Assembly (NCBI RefSeq): GCF_009914755.1
Contig: NC_060931.1
Length of the DNA: 64,000 nt
Direction: 5' to 3' (one strand)
DNA from: the human T2T-CHM13v2.0 reference genome, Homo sapiens
The notes beneath the pieces were generated by a model that made no database searches, was not told the origin of the DNA, and saw only the letters and a list, made by a program, of their open reading frames with translations. A program made the translations under genes and the position numbers. Of this stretch, positions 57,491 to 64,000 are shown in pieces; positions within the stretch are counted from its first letter, which is position 1, and every line of letters starts with the position of its first letter.

Positions 57491-57839
57491 TTCTATGACT
57501 GGAATACAACTCCAAATTTCAAGTGTTGGAAATTGAATCTTCAATGCAACAGTGTTGAGAAGTGGCATTTTAAATAGGTTATTAATGCCATTATCATGGG
57601 AGTGGGTTAGTTATTGTGGGAGTAGTTTCCTAAAAGGATAATTTCAGTGTCCTTTCTCATGTACACTAGCTCTCTTGCCCTTCTGTCTTCCAACATGGAG
57701 TAACCCAGAAAGAAGGCCCTCACCAGATATGAACCCTAGATCTTGGATACCCAGAAATGTGAGCCAAATAAATTTCTGCTTCGTATAAATTACCTAATCT
57801 CAGGTATCCTGTTATCGCAACACAAAGCAGACTAAAACA
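57491..57839 (+). mobile_element. MST (MSTC/D-like) solo LTR; 5-bp TSD agtac
   Basis: aagaaggccctcaccagat...aataaatttctg...gcagactaaaaca; agtac at 57486-57490 and 57840-57844. Confidence 0.88.
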
Positions 57840-58344
57840 AGTACAATGAATTTATTCTAGCCTTTCCACCTTGTTTATATGTTACCTCACTCTCCAAAAG
57901 TTAGACATCTGGTTTCAATTATCCTTTATCCATTTACTTATTTTTTCAATCTAAGTATACATGTGTAGCTGTTTCAGAATTGCAAACCCACATCTTCATA
58001 TGAAACAACTTTACTTATTAGAGTGCAGTATTTTTGTGCAGTTTCTTTAATTTTTTGATTTCAACTGCAGGTAAAACATTCTTTTCCAAAGCTGTATAGC
58101 TCAACTGCTCTCCCCTCCCACTTCAGTGAGGTTATATAAAACATTTATAATACAAAAAGTTTCATTTGTCATGATGTGAATTCCAGCCTGGGATCATCAA
58201 GCATCCTATATATTTCCTATGTAATTTGCATGTAGTAAAGTTTACTTTTTGTGGCATATGCTGGTATTGGTTTTATAAATGCATAGAATCAGAAGTTTAC
58301 CACCAAAAAGTATTCAAAATTGATGTCACCCCCAAATTTTCCTG

Positions 58345-58820
58345 TGATGTTTGGATTAAAATCTCAAAAGATGAAGACACAAAGTACATGACAGAATAAA
58401 ACTTGAAGAAAAAATGGCCAAAAATTTACCAAAATTAGTGACAGACACTAAGCAGATCCAAGAAGTGCAAAGAACACTGCATAAATAAAAAGACAATTAC
58501 AACTAGTAATAGTATTTTTAAATTGCTGAAACCAAAGAGAAATAAAATCTTGGTGGCAGCTAGTTGGGGGAAAATTACTTTCTCTACCAAGTTATAAGAA
58601 TATTAATTATAGACCACTTCTCATCATAAATGATGCAGCCAAGAAATGATACAAGGAGCACATTGTTAAAATGTTGAAGAGAAAACCCATCAACCCAAAA
58701 TTCTATACCCAGCAAAAGTATCCTTCAATAGTTAAGTGGAAATAAATACTTTCTGAAACAAATGAAAGGACCTACCATTTATGAAATGTTAAATTTCTGC
58801 AGGGCTGAAGGAATTATGAT
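58345..58820 (+). mobile_element. L1M ORF1 C-terminal segment, inverted relative to its neighbours
   Basis: gaagaaaaaatggccaaaaatttaccaaaatt...cagatccaagaag...caacccaaaattctatacccagcaaaagtatccttc. Confidence 0.75.
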
Positions 58821-59394
58821 TAGGTAATTTTTATTGCTCTCTGACATTCAAATTCATTAATTCTTTTCTCAGTTCTTTTAGGTTTACTGATGATTCCTTG
58901 GAATATAGTTTCCATATTACTTACTGTGTTTTTTATTTCTGGTGTTAATTTAATGAATTTTCATAGGTTTCAGTCTTTTGCTGAAGTTATCTGTGTGCAC
59001 ATACATGTCGGTTATTCTTTTTATTAGCAGCTTTAACATATGAAATACTGCTTTTTATTTAAAAATTTCCAGGCTGATAAATCAATATCAATTTTATATT
59101 GACACCAGCTTTGTCTTGTTAGACTGTGTGATCCTTGCCTTTTGACATGTCTTGCAGTTTTTTCTCGCAATATATACCTGTTTAGGGACTATAGATATTA
59201 AGACAAATGTTATTTTATGCTTGGAGATGAGCATGCCTTTTTTCTGTTTAGTCTTTAATGTGGTGATTTGCATTGATCTTGTTAGGACTTGGGATGGGTT
59301 GTTTTTATGGTTGCATTCAGTGCATAAGGCTTCAGACTCCCCTGAGGATACTTTGTTTTGGGTCTCTGATTGAATTTCTCTTAATAGCATTACA

Positions 59395-59465
59395 CTTCTT
59401 AATAGCAGTACAATGGGGATTAAGTACCAGTACATGAATTTTGGAGGGACATTCAGGCCATAGTA
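59395..59465 (-). mobile_element. MST/MLT1A LTR end fragment
   Basis: caatggggattaagtaccagtacatgaattttggagggacattcaggccatagta. Confidence 0.6.
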
Positions 59466-59551
59466 CTTCCCTGTGCCTGCTGCCTTCAAGAGCCTCACAC
59501 TCTCACACTAGCTCATACTGTATCCTCAGCTACTCATTTAAAATTTCTAGC

Positions 59552-60148
59552 TATATCAATTTTCCATTGCTGCTATAACAAGTTAACACAAACTTGGTAA
59601 AAACAATGGAAACTCATTTTGTCAACTTATACATGAGTCACAGTCTGGATAGAGTAACTTGGTGGTTCTCTGCTTAGGTTCTCACAAAGCTGAAATCAAG
59701 GTGGCAGTCATCCTGAGCTCCAGCCTTATTCATGTTGCTGGCAGAATCTAGCTCCTGTTGCTGTAGGCCTGAGATGTCTATGTCCTTGCAGCTGTGAGCC
59801 AGGACAGCTGCCCTAGATTTCTGGAGGCCTCCTTCCAGTCCTTGCATATGGGCTTCCACATCTCAGAGCCAGCAACAAAAAGTTGAATCATTCATATGCT
59901 TGAAACATATTTTACTTTTATTTCTGCCACATTTCTCTGGCTACAAGCCAGATAAAGTTTTTTTTTTTTCTTTTTTTAAGGGCTCATGTGATTAGATTGA
60001 GCCCACTGGATAATCCAGGATAATCTCCCTATTTTGTTATCTGTATCCTTAAATACACCAAAATATCCCTTTTGCCATGTAACATAGCATAGCCACAGTT
60101 TTCGGGGATTATGGCATGTGTGGGGGTGTCATTATTCTGCCTCCCACA
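59552..60148 (-). mobile_element. MLT1E-like solo LTR; 5-bp TSD ctagc
   Basis: ttttccattgctgctataacaagttaacacaaactt...gggctcatgtgattagattgagcccac...attctgcctcccaca; ctagc at 59547-59551 and 60149-60153. Confidence 0.88.
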
Positions 60149-61544
60149 CTAGCTAAATCTTCTTACTGGCTTATATGGTTTTTGATGATGTCTGTCCCAA
60201 GCAAGCAAATATTCAGGACCTGTTTTTCCTTGTGGGCTCTGTCATTTCTTAGATTTTGAGTTGGATTTTTGCCCTGTAACTTCGCTTTCTGATGAGCTTA
60301 AGAAAAAATAATTTTTAGTTTGTCTTTCTTTCCCTTATTATAAATGCTGGAGTGATGCCCTTATCAGCTCTCAATATCACACCTGGAAATCCAAGCCCAG
60401 CGGATTTGTTATTTTATATTGATATTTTAACTCTGTTCAGCGAAATTTTTGAATTTTTATTTCAGTTTACATCACAGTCTGAAACCAGTGTCATTTATAT
60501 CTGCCCTGTTAGCAAAGATGAATTTTAAAATTCTAATTATACATGTAGAGAGTAATTATATAAGTAGAAAGTTTCCAAATTTCTTTCTGGCTCTCAGAGT
60601 GCTATAATGAATAATGCAGTCTATCTTCAGTAATAATTTCACAATTTCATTGTTCCAACATATTCCTAATATAATCAGCAGCCTTTCTATAATTATCAAT
60701 GAATCAATTTGAATACTCATATCAAAATCTTGATATTAAGGTATGTAATATTTCATATATAGAAGCTGAAAATTGAAATGCAGTAACATTTATATATAGT
60801 TGTTCTAATTTTCTAATAGTTAAAAATTGTAGTTGATTATAAAATGTTTTAGTAAATCAATTCCCATAGGAAGAAATCAAGACATTAATTTTTTCACCTT
60901 TGTAACATTCATATAAAAGCATTCAGATTGCTCAAAATTTACATTTGTATTAAGTATAATTTTTTTTGGTAAAGAAAATAAATGAATTACTACTCATACA
61001 ACAAAGAGTATAATGGATAGTGTGAAAAGGTCTGCTAGAACTCTTCTGTGAGGTGTGGCTAAAGCTGTGAGAAACAGAATAAGACTCGAAATTTCAGAAA
61101 CATTACGGTTAATATCTTACCTGAAGACTCTGAAATATACCAAATATAAGTACCTGGAAACCTTCACATAATAAAAATCCTGGTGACATTTCCAGACCCT
61201 GGCAATTAAGGGAAGTTTGCTTGAAAGGCCACAGAAACTTCTAAGTGTGGGACCTTGTGAGATGAAAGTCTGGGATAAAGAAATGAAGAGAAATGAAATA
61301 ATCTGTTTCGCAAATGTCAAGGACAAAGTGGGGAAGAAGTATTGCTTGTCAGGAAGAAACAATAGCCCCTAAGAATGTCCAGATAGTATTAATAGATAAA
61401 TTAAATTGCTTGTATTTCCTCAACATGAGCAATTTAATTTTGCAGTAGAAGAATGGAATCCAAGTACCTATCAATCCCTGCACTTGCTTACCTGTTAGCA
61501 GTGCAGAATGGCCAAGCTGCCCTACCCTCAAAGAAGGGTATCTG

Positions 61545-62190
61545 CTTTTGAAAAAGATTCTCAATTCTCCCTTTGACCAAACTCATGGCTCCTAGCAGCC
61601 TATGGCCCTGTCCCTGAGATCATCCAGGCTCCCTTGAGTTCCTGTCTGGAAAACTCAAGGGTACCAAAAGAATTTACCCATTGTTCCAACCAACATTTGA
61701 TGATAGGCTCTTGACCTCCCTTTCTTAGAGCATTTTTTAAAAATTACATGCATTTGCAAATGCTTCCTCTATTCCTTTGAGATGTTTATGTATCTCCTTC
61801 AAATCAGGAGTGTCTTTCTCAGGGACCTGAAAGCTATTCCTCTGAAATGGCATCATTAGGAAGGGTTAAGGCCATGTCTCCCCATCTCTGTGGGAGGGTA
61901 AGAGTCTAACATTGATAAGCTCCAATAAGCAGACACAGTTGGCCTATCTGTATTGACACTGATCAGCTCTCATACCAACTTTTTGGAATTTTTTAATTCT
62001 CTGATTCCGCTGAGCTACTGACCACCCTCCAACTTCTTCCTCACCCTCCTTTTGGAGCACCGTATCACCTCCATACCAATCGAAGTCGTGCTGAGTACAC
62101 AATGGACTCTTCCCCACCGCAGCAGTTATAACTAAATAACATCTGTCTTTATTGCTTGTACCTAGTGTCCAGATTTGCTTATCTTTAGCA
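61545..62190 (+). mobile_element. ERV1 solo LTR, MER34/MER39-like
   Basis: cctccctttcttagagcattt...gtctttctcagggacctgaaagctattcctctgaaatg...tctctgtgggagggtaagagtctaac; ends ...ctttagca. Confidence 0.75.
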
Positions 62191-64000
62191 ATTTTAGCTT
62201 CCTAATAATCCTGATTGTGGGCCTAATACACAGTAAAATTTTTCTATGAACAAATAATGGGTGAATATTGAGAGAAATAAGAGAGATGTGGAAAGGAGTC
62301 AGGGGAGGTGGTGGGTTTTTCTGATGAAATAAATGTATTTTACAAGCCTGAAAGAGTGAAAAGTCCGAAAGTTCTGGATGGGGAATGGTGACTGACTACT
62401 TCAGGAGCTTGTTACAGAAGCAGCGCAACCACCAGGTTAGCTGTGGGTCAGGGATGGTGGGTGCCTTAGAGGGACCAGTGGTGGAGAGCTGACATGGAAT
62501 TAGAATCCCACCTTCCCACGGCCTCACTCATAGAACTCTCTTGCCAGGAGAGATCCCAGCATCTTGGCACCTGAGGCTAAATGTTTCCCCTGTATGTGGG
62601 GTGAGGACATAAAATAAAATTATCTCCATAAGGTAAAGGAATACAATTTTTTTTTATTTCCATTGAAGGCAGAGATTTATTTGTGTTTAAGATGAATTTC
62701 ATTTATGAATTTACCAGACAAAAAGAGTTTGAGAAACCAAATTACTTTTACATTTTGAAAGCTAGCTATGAACTGTGCATTGTTATAATCATGATGCTAT
62801 GCTTAATAAAAATGTAACTTTAGATTAAAACTGTGAGGCTGTTGACCAGAAAATGAGAATCATCTTTGTTTGAATGCATGCCACTTGGCCATGGGTGAAA
62901 TACTGAACTGGCCTTGGTCTCTGCTACTTTAGAACTATCTGTTTTAAAGCTGTCAACTATCACTTTGTCTGAGGCTATTTAGCAACTATCAGAAATTATT
63001 TAATTTTATAGAGCACAGAAAGAAAAAACATAGATTAAATTAGCAAATGTGTACAGTAAGCAATTTGGTTGAAACTGAGAACAAGATTTTTGAATCTGAG
63101 AAGAGTGAAAGCTAGAAACTATGATTACATGTCTGTGAAGTTTTCCTCTCTGGATAGGAAAGAGGACTTGTTGTTCAACATAAATATCGTTCCTTTGCTC
63201 TAGGAAAACTATGAAAATGTGCCATTAAGTTATGCAAGAACCTTTCTGGCATGAGAATATTTGAGAAGCTCAATAGGAGTTCCTCTGAGGCTCAGTTGCA
63301 ACTCAATTGTTTCAAGTAATAAAGTGAAAGGTTAGCTGTTTTAAGGAAGTGCCAAAGTCTTTGAAATAACTCTTTTCCTAATATACATGTAGGCCGAGCT
63401 CTGATTAAAATCCATCATTGACCCTCGCAGAGACAAGTGCTTATGTTCAAGCAGATATTCCTAGAAACCAGGAACTGGGGCTAGAAGAGGAGAGGGCAGA
63501 GCGTTTCGGGCAGATCTGCCCCATTTCCAGAGAAGAGTGTTAAACTGTTAGGCCCAGAGGAGCAGGGACAAATAGATTCAGGGGGTCATTGGTAGGCTGT
63601 CCATTTAATTCTATACCTTTCACTTTATTACTTGACACTCTTGAGTTGCAATTGTTGTTAATACAGATTTTAAGAGGAAAGAGAAATAGGAAGATCACAT
63701 ATGAAGGTACTGTGTTATAACTTAATTTGGAGGTTTTTCAGTGATATACAATACTAGTAAAATGTTTGCAGCTTCTGGAACAAGTTGTAAACTGACTGAA
63801 TGAGAAGAAATATATAGATAACTCTAAATTTTCTCTTAAATGATGAGGAAGCTGTATCTGGGATCATTTTAGAGCCAAAGTGGCAGATGTTATTTTCAAC
63901 GGAGTAGGGTATTTATAGTTTCTCATGTAATCTAAGCTAAGTTTCTGTATTTTTTTAGAGTATTTGATTATTTGGACATTCTCTGTGGGAAACAGCAGTA

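Larger units (their letters stand above)
56525..58340 (-). mobile_element. L1MC3-like 3' region hosting Tigger2a, MER47A and an MST LTR
   Basis: Antisense match to the same family as 28715-30930 (gatctgggtgctgagtg...; gctatacatgaattcatgct; ctcactctccaaaagt). Confidence 0.65.
58825..60390 (-). mobile_element. L1M 5'UTR and ORF1 N-terminus (contains MLT1 LTRs)
   Basis: Antisense homology to 37340-38520. Confidence 0.6.

Noticed and set aside
59094-59498. 134-aa minus-strand ORF
   Set aside because: Chimeric read-through of an LTR fragment and decayed L1 5' sequence

Overview
AT-rich, CpG-depleted primate (very probably human) genomic DNA, either intergenic or deep intronic. I can support no intact protein-coding gene, RNA gene or CRISPR array. 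The ORF-track hits are decayed L1 ORF1/ORF2 fragments, antisense Alu or LTR read-throughs, microsatellites or chance ORFs. Roughly half the window is interspersed repeat: two long minus-strand L1s (L1PB-like ~8.2-13.4 kb nested in an L1MB-like copy; L1PA15/16-like ~23.1-28.7 kb), older L1M fragments, 8 Alus, MaLR/ERV1 solo LTRs, Tigger-type MITEs, MIR and L2 relics. Subfamily names are recalled from consensus sequences, not from a database run. The strongest unexplained structure is a fossil multi-step template-switch rearrangement at 21.8-22.5 kb: a 54-bp fold-back, then a ~270-bp copy of L1 sequence lying 3 kb downstream, then a return via microhomology, later interrupted by an Alu. Also notable are a palindromic 31-bp minisatellite, a left-monomer-only Alu with a full TSD, several smaller fold-back scars, a CpG-retaining unique patch and a few candidate non-coding exons. 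I see no convincing new multi-gene system.
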